In this document: positions 11,541-24,919 of the stretch, piece after piece
Numbering within the stretch: position 1 is the stretch's first letter
How the letters are laid out: the number at the start of each line of letters is the position of its first letter
Source of the DNA: Euprymna scolopes
Taxonomy: Eukaryota
Strand: one strand, 5' to 3'
NCBI GenBank assembly: GCA_053919585.1
Contig: CM132807.1
Length of the DNA stretch: 64,000 nt
Translations under genes and position numbers: made by a program
The notes under the pieces: model-generated
Database searches by the model: none
Told to the model about the DNA's origin: nothing
What the model saw: the letters and a program-made list of their open reading frames with translations, nothing else

Positions 11541-12134
11541 TATCAAATTGGTTGAGAGATTCCAACGAGAGAAAGATGTATATTTAAATGAGTAAGGTCA
11601 CCAACAATTGGTATTTTTAACATTATTTATTGGTATGTATTTTTTAACACCATTTTAACATTATTTTTAACGTTATTTATGGGGAGACAAATAAATACAA
11701 ACATTAGAAAACCCCTTACGTCTATTTATAAATGAGCCTCTTTATTTAAACAAACATAATATTAGGAATGCCCAATTAAGATTAAAACGAAAATCACAAT
11801 AGAAAAAAACGAAAATCTAAAAATCCAAAAAATAATCAAAATTAAATGAAAACATCCCTAACAATTACCCTTGTTTCAGAGGAGCTGGTTCTCCGCTCTC
11901 ACCCAAGTAATAAAAAAAAATAAAAAAGTAGTAAAAGGAGAAACAAGAAAAGAGAGGAAAAAGCAAAACACAGCAATGGCCATGGTCTGACCCCCAATAA
12001 GCTAGGGTAGGGGTGGAACACGCCCGTGAATACCTGTAGAATCATTTACAGACAAAAAAAAATCAAAACACGGAATAAAAGAATAATGTTAAAAATACTT
12101 AATTTTGTTGACATTTCTTATTTAAATAAATATG

Positions 12135-12210
<76 letters not shown>

Positions 12211-13430
12211 CATTGAAATTAAAAGTCAGAATTCTTGACAAGAATAGGTTAAATGTGCAATAAAAGTACTCACTTATAGTAAATACAATGTTGTTGTTCG
12301 GTTCTTACAGCTAATAATTAACTCTTCCACTAAATAAAAAGATCGTGATAATATTCACGTAAGTATGGAAGTATGCAGAACTCATATCCATTTCAAAGTG
12401 GATCTAGCGTATAACCCTTGACTTGTTTTATTGACATTTTCTTTTTAATATATTTTGTTTTCACTAAATAGAGAGTTTAGTCTTTCTTCTGGAATTTTAC
12501 GAGATCACAACACTGACCCCTCGGACAATTAACAAGATTGGCGAAAAATAATTATTTATAAACTCAGAATGCATGATATCATTTACACAGACGATGAAAA
12601 ATTTGCAAAGAACTTTTATCCAAGAATCTGTAAAAAGTCGCCACAGTACGGACAACACCAATTATTAAGGATTTTTTCTTTACAGAATATAAAATTTTGC
12701 CAACAACCTAAAAAACAACAACAAAAAAAACGCATGCCTTATCGACGAACTTGAAAAAAGAAGTGTAAGTATGATTTTATTTAGCTAAAGTGAATCTATT
12801 TTTTCTCAATAAAAAGTCGATAGGTTTTATTTTTATTCAGTATTGTGTAAACTTTTAATACAAAAGGAAAGCATTTTCTCTCTAAGAAAGGAAAAGTATC
12901 ACTGCTAAAACTATGAAGCTTTATTTTACTGCTAAAATCTATCCGCAAAAACTTTTACGATAAACCGCACTTTTAGGTTATCATTTTTTGGCGAAGAAGT
13001 GAAGAGAAAAAGTTTTATTGTATGCCTGTCTTTCTTAGCTGAGTAAGGATTGAATATACAAAGGTACTTTTAAGATAGTCTAATATGTCTGAATTAGTTA
13101 AAGATTAAATGGGAAAGCAGCTAAAAAACAAAAAAAATGACAACATTTTCAAATAAAACTGGAATAAAAAACGAAGAAACACAATTCAAAATGAAAAACT
13201 TTTCAAAAACCTCTACATTAAAATCGGGGAAAAACGGGGAAAAAGCTAAAATCATAACTAATATGGGTCTGATTATTAATAACTTACTAATAGTATGGAG
13301 GTTGAACAAATAAACCATATTAAAAACAGGTAAATAAATGTGTTACTATATTAATTTTATTAATTTATTTTTATTTCGGACTATTAGTCTCATCTTTATT
13401 AGTTGTTGTTTTTCATCTTTTATTGGTTTG

Positions 13431-13485
13431 TTTATTCACAACGTTTCGGCCAACTATTCCTCTTGCCTTCGTCAGTCAAATTTGT
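13431..13485 (-). ncRNA. Degenerate hammerhead ribozyme (solo Penelope pseudo-LTR remnant)
   Basis: CTGACGA-A-GGCAA..TTGGCC-GAAA-CGTTG. Stem I and the cleavage triplet are degraded. Confidence 0.55.
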
Positions 13486-13599
13486 TACTGATACAAAAAT
13501 TCAGTTCGAGGGTGAAATGTTTGCCAATGTTACGATAAAACGACTACCGTAGTTGTTAATAGACTCCAACAATTTATTTGGATTTATTAACCAATACAT

Positions 13600-14300
13600 A
13601 TACCCAGAAAATATGCAAGTTGAAATTCCAAGAATCGAGAAATTACTCATCGAAATCCATTTGAAATAAAGCTGTATACAAAAAAACTTGTGGATATGCC
13701 ATACGAAGTGCATACATAAATCAAAGAAAACATAAATCGAATAAAACATTTAATTCGAAACGACATCGTTAAATAATTAGAACTCATTGGTAAAAAGGAA
13801 AAAAAAACAATATTAAACCGAGCTACAAGTAGAATGTCTAAATAACAAGTCGGTCCGATCGTATAAACTTTTAACATTTCAGTTTCCTTGTATGAACGCC
13901 TACATAGTATTAAAAAATTAACTGATAAATTATAAAACGGAATAAGGACGTCATTCAAAAAGTAATGAATTATATTGCTATCCTTTCCAGACCTGATCAT
14001 GATAAATTTGAGAGGAAAAAATAATTAACTCCCCCACTTACTATAAAGATAGGGAGAATACCTCTTGGCTACAGATTCTATAAATTGAAACACAGTAAAT
14101 ATTTGGCGCTAGTTCATTTCTAAAATGACTTGAAATATTAGTTTGCGTAATACCGTTGATTATTACATCAGAAATAGAAACTGCTTTTAATCAATGTTGT
14201 GCGATATAGGTTGGAAAAATATGAAATCGAATAAATTCAAGTACCTTGTAACTAGGTTTCGTTGGTGGGGATATCGAATCTTTGCATTTAGTGTTGTGCG
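13600..14300 (-). pseudogene. Probable decayed class A (rhodopsin-family) GPCR pseudogene
   Basis: Ordered motifs: TM2-like LKAVSISDVI, TM5-like VLIPFYNLSVN, TM6-like VFFSFLP, TM7/helix 8-like SFFVYSFISNGFR. Stops, frameshift and deletions. Confidence 0.55.
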
Positions 14301-14707
14301 ACACAGGTTCAAGTAATGTCCAAATAAATCCCACCGTGTTTGTTTAAATAATGCCTAGAATCTTTGCTGCTATCGGTGCTATCGTCGTGTCTTTCAGGGC
14401 GGTAATAATAAATACAAATACGTAAATAATAACAAAAGTATATTTAGAAAAGTATGTTGTACAAGTATACTTCATGACACCCTCTCGAAGCCCTAACTGA
14501 CACAAACAGCTGCCACGACGTTTTTTCGAAATTGTGTGTTTTGTGATGGATCAACTTATACTATAAAAATCTTATACTAAGAGACTGTACATCATATAAC
14601 AAGTTGATTTATAAAAATGTACATGTCTATCTATCTATCTATATCTATCCTATCTATCTATCTATCTATCTATCTATTTATCTATCTATATCTATATCTA
14701 TATATAT

Positions 14708-17700
14708 GGTGATTGCCACTTCTTGACAGAAGAAGACCATCTTTCCCTTGCTTTATTGTTGATTACTCATTCATGTATTTTTGATTTTTTTCCTTTTTTT
14801 TTTAAATTATATACACCTATATACACTTATACACACATACATATATACATGTGGTGATGTGATCAAGATGCATCAATTCCTATTTTCTGTGGGAACGCAG
14901 GTGGCTGTTCAGACCAGCTCTGCTCTTACACAGTCTGTTGCAAAGGTCACACTTAAGCTGAGATTGAGGGATGCCAACTGGTGCTGCTCTACTGTGGACA
15001 CTCATATGACGCTTCAGGCCTCCACTAGATTTACATACCACAGAGCAAACAGAACATCTGTGCCTTGCAATGTTTTACCCATCAAAGAAAGATTGATCTC
15101 CATTTGAACGCTTGTGGCTAGCTATGCCAGCTCCGGATAAAGTCATTTTACCGCATAAATCACAGGTGTGGTTCAGCATGAAATCCTCCGACAGACCTGA
15201 TATATCTGACAGATTTTTCTTCCGGATATAACGCTTCATTTTTGCATGCTCATATTTTTCTTCTCAAAACTATCCCAGCCATGATAGACCAAGAAGCGCC
15301 ACTTTTTATTATCATTGGAAGCACTTTCCCAACGGAACACATCAATACCAAGAGCTTTAAGATTATCTTTGATCTTATTCTTAAAGCGTTTCATCGGTTT
15401 ATGTTGTGGACGCTTTCCTTGTGTAATTTCACCATAGAACAGGCGCTTTGGCAATCTATCGGCGTCCAACCTTGTCAGATGTCCAGCCCACCTCATCTGG
15501 TTGCATATAATCAACTTATCGATACAAGGTACGTCAGCCCCCGTGAGAACATCCATATCATGTATAAAAGTGCTCCATCTGATGCCCAGAATGTGTCTCA
15601 CGAATTTCTGGTGCACTCTCTCCATGACTTTTATGTGTCTACCATAAGTTGTCCAGGCCTCAGAAGCGTAAAGCAGGGATTGTAAAATACAAGATTGATA
15701 GACGCTGATCTTTGTATGAATAGTAATACTCCTGTCAGACCATACTCTCTTCTCTAAGCCACCAAAAGCCTTAGTGGCACGCTGTATCCTATAGTTGACC
15801 TCAGAATCCAGGGTTCCATCTTTGACGAGAGTACTACCCAAATACACAAATGTGTCAACCACGGCAAGTCTCCGGTTGTTTACAAAAATATTTGATTCCA
15901 CATACAAACGACCGGGTGGAGGTGTGAACATGACCTTAGTCTTCTTAAGACTAATAGTAAGCCCAAAAGACGCACAGGCCCCCGAAAACAGATCCATAAT
16001 ACTCTGCATATCCCTCTCACCATGGGTCACGAGATCGGCATCATCCGCATAAAGCAATTCATGAACCAGGTGCTGAAAGGTCCTCGTAGAAGCATGAAAA
16101 CGACGAAGATCAAAGACCCTACCTGTGGTTCTGAAACGCAAATAAACACCTAGAGAACATTCTCTAAAGGCATACGATACCATAGTTGCAAAATAAATTG
16201 AAAAAAGTATAGGTGCTAGGATATCACCATGCTTCACACCATTGTCAACCGATATGGCTTCCGATATGCATCCGTTGAAGTTCAGGTGAGCCTTCATATT
16301 AGTGTGGAGCTCCCTGAGTAATCGTAGAAACTGAGGTGATCATCCAAACTTTCCCAGAATTATCCATAGGGCACTTCTGTTCACCGTATCAAAAGCCTTA
16401 GTCAAATCAACAAAACCTTGATAAAGCGAAACACGGTGTGTTCAATACATTTGTCTTGCAACTGCCGCGCAGAGAAGATCATGTCCGTGGTTCCTCTGTC
16501 CGGACGAAAGCCACTTTGGTTTTCTGGAATGACGGATGGACAAATATACTTTAACAATCTATTGAGTAGAACTCTGGAAAATACTTTGCCAACTGCTTCC
16601 AACAAACTTATCCCACGATAACTTCCACAGTCGGTTCTGGGCCGCTTTCCCTTGTACAGTGATATAAGAATTGCATCAACCCAATCCTGATGGACGGGAA
16701 CACCCTTCCAGACATCAGTGATAAGATGAAGAATTTCATGAACAAGTTTATCACCCCCATGTAAGAGGACTTCCATAGGAATACCATTAAGCCCTGGAGC
16801 CCTTCCAACGTTCACTTCCTTGCTTGCATCTCTAATTTCATTCTCAGATGGGAACACAGACATTTCATGGATAGGCTTCTGTTGTGATAAAAATTCATTG
16901 ATGACGTCCTCATCAACATTATAGGGATTGTCAAAGAGATCAGAATAACGCCCGGTCCAACGAAGTAGAATCTTGTTAGGATCTTTTATCAGGGCAATTC
17001 CATCACTTGAGAGTAGGGTAAATGTAGATACTGTTTGAGGACCAAAGGCTTTTTTAAGCAAATGGTACATGCGGTTGAGGTCTTTAGCCATCTGGATTTG
17101 GTTGGCGAGTTTAGCCCACCACTGATTCTTCATTTGTCGGAGTCGCTTTTAGAGAATACCCTTGTTTGGTTTAAGTGACTGTTGGAGGGACTCTCGACCT
17201 CCATGAGAGGTAGACAACATCTTATGGTGCAACTCATTTTTAGCACTTAAGAGTTGAGTAATCTAAGAATCATTATCATCAAACCAATCCTGATGTTTAG
17301 ATTTGCGGAGACCAAGAATATCTACACTTATTTCATTGATTGTATTTTTAAAATGCGCCCATAACCAATCAAAATCAGCAGAATTAACTACGGATCGACG
17401 TCACGTACACTTGAATCATCCAGCCTGGACACATCAACCCGCCTGGGAATCCCAAAACCACCCAACCTACACTTCCTCCTTATACATATTTTTAACTTCC
17501 CGCGTACCAAAAAGTGATCTGTGCCGCATTCAGCTCCAGCATAACACGCACACAACAGACGTCCCGCAAATCTGCCTTCCTGGAAATAATGTAATCAATC
17601 AAGTGACATTGTTTTGATGGGTCCAGGTAAACCTATGGACCTCTTTGTTGCTGAAGAAAGTGTTAGAGATAGCAAAGTCAAACTGAGTGCATAGATGGAG

Positions 17701-18588
17701 AAGATGCAGACCATTACTGTTGACCCTACCAACATCAAACCGGCCGAGTGAGTCCCAGGTGTGATCATCCTTGCCAACCCTTGCATTTAGATCACCCATG
17801 AGTAACATCTTCTCAGATAAAGGAATAGAGAAAATGGTACGACTGAGATCTCCGTAAAACGCCGTGATGGTGTCTTCATCATAACCCATGGTAGGGACAT
17901 ACACAGATAAAATCGTCATATACCTACTGTGTGTAAGAGGGAAGCGCATCATCACAATTCTGTCACTTACACATATTGGCTGTTCAATCCTCTTCACCAA
18001 ATCAGAACGCACTGCAAAGCCGATTTCACCTTTTCACCTCAGACCCGATGGTTTTCCTTTCCAAATAACCGTGTATCCCGAGCCCACTTTCACCAATTGA
18101 TCCTCATCACTCAATCGTGTTTCAGACAATGCAGCAATGTCTAGCTGTACATAGCGAGCTCTCTTGCAATAATAGCTGTCCTACGCTCAGGTCTTTCACT
18201 ATCCAGGACATCTAGCAAAGTTCTCACATTCCACGTAGCAACAATTAGGTTATTCCTCTCCTGATTAAATATTGATTTTCCTTGTTTATTATTTTTCTTC
18301 AACTTTATCTTGTTTCTCCTGCAAATATAGAGCAGCCGCCGACCGCAGGAAGCCGACCAGCTAATAAAAGGGTAGACAATTTATAGGTCACCTTTTCTAG
18401 ACCCTTCCCAAATTCATGGGTGAGCAGTGTATCCCTAGAAAAGGCTGCTCAGCCGCCAGATCATCCACCGAAGTTGCTTCCACCCTGTAAGCGATTTAGT
18501 CGACGATGATAGATAAATCACTGGCCGCCTATCTGCAGATTTGCAGCTATGCACTTCCATCCTGCTAAGCATGTGCACCTCGCCACTC
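14708..18588 (-). mobile_element. RTE-clade (BovB-like) LINE, near full length, decayed
   Basis: ATWNVRTL, MGDLNARVG, YRGISLL, QSGFR, GVKHGDILAP, LLYADD. 3' end GATGGTCTTCTTCTGTCAAGAAG..ACCA followed by (TA)/(TAGA). 5' end runs into a gap. Confidence 0.93.
14880..18350 (-). pseudogene. Disrupted RTE APE-RT ORF ending in three C2H2 zinc fingers
   Basis: ORF-track pieces 17599-18012, 16402-17133, 15236-16297, plus a frameshifted tail with CDLC..HKRS(N), CSVC..HMSVH, CDLC..HLRSH and stop at 14880-14882. Confidence 0.88.
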
Positions 18589-18742
18589 NNNNNNNNNNNN
18601 NNNNNNNNNNNNNNNNNNNNNNNNNNNNNNNNNNNNNNNNNNNNNNNNNNNNNNNNNNNNNNNNNNNNNNNNNNNNNNNNNNNNNNNNNNNNNNNNNNNN
18701 NNNNNNNNNNNNNNNNNNNNNNNNNNNNNNNNNNNNNNNNNN

Positions 18743-19548
18743 GCCTTAGAAGATGTGGATCAATTTGCCTACCTCAGCAGTCTTCTCTCCTCAAGATCTA
18801 TCATCGACCCAGAGATTTACCACCGCGTTGGCTGCATCAGTGCAGCCTTTGCCAGGCTATGGAAGCGGGTGTTTGAGAACTGGGACATACAGAGCAGGGT
18901 CAAACTGCTTTATAAAGCAGTTGTCCTGCCCGCTCTTCTCTATCGGGCAGACAGCTGGACCACCTACAGCATACAATTAAATGACTGTAGCAGTATCACA
19001 AGTGTTGTCTCCGAAAGATACTCAGGATTGGATGGAAGATCGACGAACAAACGTAAGCGTCCTGAAGGATACCAACATAACTACCATTATCTCACACCAG
19101 CTGCGATGGACGGGCCATGTTATGCGCATGCATGACAGCCGCCTTCCATATCAAATGCTCCACGGTCAGCTAAAAGAGGGAAAGCGGACCTAAGGATGAC
19201 AGAAAAAAAGATATGACAACATAAATACCCACCAGAGAGAGTGTCGCTTCAGCCTAACCAGCTGGGAGGATGATGCTCCTCAGAGGGGCATTGGAGCAAA
19301 ATGGTCCATGAAGACTCCGTTCACTCAGAAATAGAACCTTCACAGAACCGCAGAAAACAGGAGGAAGCAGAGAAAGGAGAGATATACTACCACACAGCTC
19401 ATTCTGCCTCTTCCACTAACAATCAACCACTCACACATGCCTCCACTGCAATAAAATCTGTGGGTCAAAGATCAGCCGCTACATCCATCTGAGGACCCAT
19501 AAATGACCAGAGTCAACCTCACTGACGAGAGAACAATCATGCTCGTCA
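18743..19548 (+). mobile_element. 3' fragment of a second RTE LINE, between two gaps
   Basis: VDQFAYLSS, KAVVLPALLY, QLRWTGHVMRMHDSRLP, single finger CLHCNKIC..HLRTH. Confidence 0.88.
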
Positions 19549-19879
19549 NNNNNNNNNNNNNNNNNNNNNNNNNNNNNNNNNNNNNNNNNNNNNNNNNNNN
19601 NNNNNNNNNNNNNNNNNNNNNNNNNNNNNNNNNNNNNNNNNNNNNNNNNNNNNNNNNNNNNNNNNNNNNNNNNNNNNNNNNNNNNNNNNNNNNNNNNNNN
19701 NNNNNNNNNNNNGGAAATGTAATCCTAGGAGTGATGATGCAGAGACTTCTTATAACAATCTAAAATAATATAAAAATTTAAACGTTTACAATCCGTTAAA
19801 CAAAGGAAAGTTATTTGTTCTGTATAAATTCTTGGAACTTATTTATTTATTTTTACTCATGTTCACTCCTTAAAAAGCA

Positions 19880-20100
19880 TATCGCCATTTGGACATAAGT
19901 GGCTACTATTTGGGGTCATCTCTAGGAAAGATTAACAAGATATTTGTTTATGTTATATTTAAACTTCTGCATATAAGTACAGCCAGGGAAGCAAGCAACA
20001 GGAAGGGAATTCCAAAGTCTAGTTGTTCGAGGATAGAAACTATTAGAATAGAACGCTTTCTGGCATTTAGAGACATCAACAGTGAAGGCATGAGATCTTA
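19880..20100 (-). mobile_element. 3' fragment of a CR1-group LINE (different family from 126-3041)
   Basis: Translates as SFYPRTTRLWNSLPVACFP..FKYNINKYL*, homologous to the C-terminus of ORF 126-3041. Confidence 0.8.
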
Positions 20101-20461
20101 TTGCTAACTTTTATGAATAATGTCTTATTTCTTTTTAATGTCAAACTGCGTATCAAATTATTAACAAGTTTACATTTTTTTAAATATTAAAGGAACGAGT
20201 GAATAAAAATCCCAAAATTGTGGAAGTGCTTACAATACTATTCAACTACTCCAGACAGAAAATAAAAATATTTAAAGCAGTATTAGCGAAACTATGGCAA
20301 AAGACATGAATATCTGTTGATTTTCGTGTGCCAAGTTATTAACGAGGTCGAGAAAAAACACAATATAACCATAATTTGTTTGTTGAAATATTCAAACATT
20401 ACATAAACTAGGAAAATCTCCAGAAAACAATAACTACATAGCAATTTCTACGTTGACATAA

Positions 20462-21475
20462 TTAGTAGGGCATATGCGATCCTTTTTTATGAATGCCTTG
20501 TAAAAGACGTTGGTCTACAGAATTAGTCAAATTTGTGATTTCATCAACAGTTATTCCTCGCGATACCTCTTGGAGAGCATACAACAACTGATCCTTGCTC
20601 TTAAATTGGCGTCCACTTGCATAGAGGCGTCGCTGCATGATACTCCAAAGGTTCTTATTTGGGTTCAAATCTGGTTAATTTGCAGGCCACTCCATCTTCC
20701 GTCGCCCTGAGAACCCCAGTTGTTGCAAATGATCCTTGCTTTTGTTTGCTGCATGCGAGAGAGCATTACCCTGCATAAAAATAATGGTTCTTCTGAACAT
20801 CAGCCTTTGCTTCTTCAGCCATGGTTCAAAGTGCTCCTTCAGAAAAGCTATGTAAGCTTTTGACGTGATTTTTACGCTTTCTGGGACTTCTATGGGCCAA
20901 CTAAAACACCTCCGTAATCCCAGCCCAAATCATTATCCCACCACTACCCTGTTGGCGCCTTAAACGCTGATGACAATGTCGTCCATCTAGGGCCCATCCC
21001 TTGCTCCAGCCATCTAGGCCATCAAGAGAGGCATACACTTCATCCGTGAACAAAACTTTGGAAAAAATACGTTTTCATGTTGTCCTCGGCCGATTTCTAT
21101 CGGTTTTGTATGTGATGTTGCTTTAATGGAGGCTTTGTCACGGCTTAACAGACTTTGCCACTTATTTCAGAAGGCGACATCGAATGCTTTTTGAAACATT
21201 CTTTAATCCGGCTTGGCCAAAGACTTTTCGACTCGTCTGCGCAGACTTCTTAACAACTTTACGTTTAATTTGGAATAGAGAACGGCGTGAAACAAGTCTA
21301 GATTTACCTTTATCAGCTCTCTTACGTACCTTCGTAGGGTCCTTGATAAAGTTCTTTCCAGTTTGATGGTACCTTCCTATCATTTTTTAATATTTCGAGG
21401 GTAGTTTTATCTTTTTCTAGCTGTACGGTAATAGGACTCTTTTTAGAATCTTTTTAATCCACCTTGACGACCCAT
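20462..21475 (-). pseudogene. Decayed Tc1-like transposase with DD37E (TRT-type) spacing
   Basis: KVLFTDE, LDGLDGW, GGIMIWAG, FMQ(G)NA, PDLNPN(K)NLW. 37 residues lie between the mutated second D and E positions. Confidence 0.85.
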
Positions 21476-21823
21476 TTTATTGACATGCCTAAAATACGGT
21501 GGATTCAGAAATTACGATGGCAGGTTGTTTACATTGCGCGGAACAGTACGAACAGTTCACAGTACGTACAGCTCAGTATTGCTAACGGTTCTGAAGCGTT
21601 TGAAACGAAACAATCGGTAACGTTCTGAAACTGGTAAAAAAAATGTTATCTCGTNNNNNNNNNNNNNNNNNNNNNNNNNNNNNNNNNNNNNNNNNNNNNN
21701 NNNNNNNNNNNNNNNNNNNNNNNNNNNNNNNNNNNNNNNNNNNNNNNNNNNNNNNNNNNNNNNNNNNNNNNNNNNNNNNNNNNNNNNNNNNNNNNNNNNN
21801 NNNNTATGTTTTTAAATATATCT

Positions 21824-21884
<61 letters not shown>

Positions 21885-21910
21885 GTTAAAAGTCCACGTA
21901 TGCTTCTAGG

Positions 21911-22100
21911 ATATTGATTTAACGGTTAGGAGGGTTTTTTTGAAGAACCGGTTTTCTTTTTCTTTTTCATTTCGATACATTTTTTGTGACCAAGCGCGGA
22001 GGTCCGCTTCAAATATAAAAAATAACAATAAAAATATTAAATACAAAAAGTAACATCGTTTTTCATGCTTCAAAAACCCTCCTAAACCTTAAATCACTAT
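21911..22100. mobile_element. ~190-bp MITE-like element
   Basis: ~33-bp imperfect inverted repeats at 21911-21945 and 22068-22100. Confidence 0.6.
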
Positions 22101-22787
22101 ATATATATATATATATGTGTGTGTATGTATATATAATCTTCATATTGAATGATGTTGTTTCTAAATTGCTACGAATTATTAAGCTCATTAAAAATGGAGT
22201 TAAACCTTTGAGCCACATATATCGATTGTAAATATTCTATGTCACAGATGTATATAGTACACATTCATAGTAATTATTGTTTATATGTAGCGTTTTATAA
22301 GGTTTTTCGTTCAATGGCCGATATTCACTAAACAAACCTACAGAGTCATATCTGTTTCTTTGAAAAAGAAAAATGATGGTAAATGATGGCAAAAGGAAAT
22401 AAAAACTTTTTTAAAATCATAAAATAAAACTTTCTGAGTTATCTATTTAAATAAATCGTCAATTTATTCAAATATTACACCATATATCTATTTCGTCTCA
22501 TAATGTGATCTTTTTTTTAAATTAAAAGTGTTATTTTTTTAAATCTCCGGAGTGGTTAAACATATAAGTAAGATATTCTTCTCTTATAATTTAAAAAGTT
22601 ATTATTTCGTTTTCCCACTATTTATCCTTTTCAATCAAAGGAACCAAACCGTGTATTTTTCTAAGAAATTTTTATATATTTCTTAAAAATGATTTTGTGA
22701 TGTTTTACTCTTCAATGAGTCACATTTAAGACGCAACATATAAGCAATAAAACAATATTTTTATGAAATAAATACTTCTATCATTTG

Positions 22788-22849
<62 letters not shown>

Positions 22850-22985
22850 AAAATTACAATTAAATTTACCAAATTGATCCAAGAATGTAAAACTAAAGTA
22901 TATTATAAATATTAAGGAATTAATATTTATGACGTTATCTCAGCGAGATGTAAAAGCTCGATAGAACTAAATAGGAGATAGACTT

Positions 22986-23065
<80 letters not shown>

Positions 23066-23066
<1 letters not shown>

Positions 23067-24290
23067 TAGCAGAGAAACTCCATGTTGCTCAGGATTAAAT
23101 GAGGATCAACGAACGTTTAACAACCTCATATTTTTATTGTAATCGAAATCTGTGAAATCGCCCATTTTAAATCAAATCGATTGATTGATTGAGGATCAAC
23201 CGCGGTGTACAGAGAGTAAGCGTCATAGTCCTCTTTGCATTGACTTAGTCTAAAATATATTGTACTATAGAGAACCTACTATTGATACTTTTAAATTCTT
23301 ATTATATAATAATTAAATTGAAGTTTAAAATGAAAACGTCAAGTATCGTACATTAATTGCGCTCTAAACAGAAACATTCACTTTGAACGTGCCCCTGTCA
23401 TATCAAAGAAGTTAATGTTGATTTTATATGTCGGGCCTTTCCATTTGTGCGCTAACAAACTATCTCAAATGCACTTATGTTAGGCCGCATACGGCGTTAA
23501 AATCTTCTGTCACTTCTTTTATCATATTTCTTTAATTATCAATTATTGATAGTTATCGAAGACATTCTGATACACAATCTAAGAACACTGACAGGCACAT
23601 AAAGTACATATGTGTGTAATTCCTCCCAAAATCGACTCAGCAGTTCAGGATAAGGTGTGTGTGTGTGTGTGTGTGTGAGTTCGTTACCTATAGACTCGAA
23701 AACGCCTGGGCTGATTTTTTTTAATTTGACACTGATGACCTTTATGTGTTTGGAAGTGTTCTTAGATAGGATTTCCAGCGCAATGGGTGGATGAGTATCA
23801 AAGTGTGATAATCGAAAAAAAAACTCAGTGTAAAGTCGTAACAGTTCATTTTTTTTATTAAAGTTTCATTCTAATATCACAGGTGTATTTTAAAAGTATT
23901 ATCACCGCACAAGAAAAACTCGGCGTATAAACTATAACTAGAATATATTTTTTATAATATAGTGGCGCGTTAATAATAAATGTTTCTGTTTGTAGTACAA
24001 TTGAACCATGATATTTTTGTATTTTAAAATTTAGTTCGAACCATTATATAAAAATAGTTTAGAAAATCAATAGTAAGTGCAATGAAGATTACAATGTATT
24101 GTGGACAAAGTCATTGCAGAAGGCATGTGAAGTGTTCGACTGAGACAATGCGATTGATTCTCGGCTAGAGTACATAATAAATCGAGTTGATTCATTAAAA
24201 CATGGCAATTTAACCGATGAGAAGTATTGGATGTGAGGAACATTCGTTGATTATCATTCAATCCCGGACAACGTTGGGTTACTTTGCTCG
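23066..24290. mobile_element. Back-to-back Helitron pair (or element with inverted Helitron 3' ends)
   Basis: Degenerate - strand end at 23066. + strand end CCCGGACAACGTTGGG..CTCG|T at 24290. The subterminal ~50 bp are reverse-complementary. Central (TG)n. Confidence 0.65.
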
Positions 24291-24299
24291 TATATATAT

Positions 24300-24357
<58 letters not shown>

Positions 24358-24919
24358 ATTTTTCCGACCTTTCTACTACTGCTCTGTCTCAGTTTGTGAT
24401 TAAATTGAAGAAAGTTCAAAAGGTTAAGAAAATATTAGACGATGACCCGAATGAATTGACTTTATACAGAGTGTATGTTTATGCATTTGATAATACAAAC
24501 ATTCACTTTTTTTTTTTCTAGAAAAGTGATTCACATTTGTTTGAGAAGTATGAATTTAGTCGTTGTGTCATTATCTGATGTCATATGTTATTTTAAACCT
24601 CTTGCAAAACATAAACATAGGATAGAGGTGTATAAATATAAGATGAATCGGTTACTTAATCTATATAAAGTCTCTCTGTTTACTTTCATTTCACAGATGA
24701 CATTTAATGAAATTCAATACTTGCATTTGTTCAATCCTGGTAGATAAACTCTGTCACAATTAATACTGATCGTGTGTTCTCAACTCTGACGGTCATTACA
24801 ATCAGTCTAGAGTGGAACGATACATTTGTCGCCCTAAAGAAAACTATACTACAGCTTTATTTTAAGACTTTTATTGAAAAAATCAGTTCAAGTGACTTGA
24901 TTATGTACTAGAGTTTACA

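Larger units (their letters stand above)
7136..12098 (-). mobile_element. Penelope-like retroelement (Neptune-type), decayed, with direct and inverted pseudo-LTRs
   Basis: RT and GIY-YIG remnants. Direct repeat 7136-7225 / 11547-11630. 11901-12098 is an inverted copy of 7204-7604. Confidence 0.9.

Noticed and set aside
12569-12770. Possible host exon (AG acceptor, GTAAGT donor)
   Set aside because: No frame is clearly open across it and there is no recognisable homology.
18589-18742. Single RTE with an inversion across the gap
   Set aside because: The pieces on either side are different RTE families, and the gap hides the junction.
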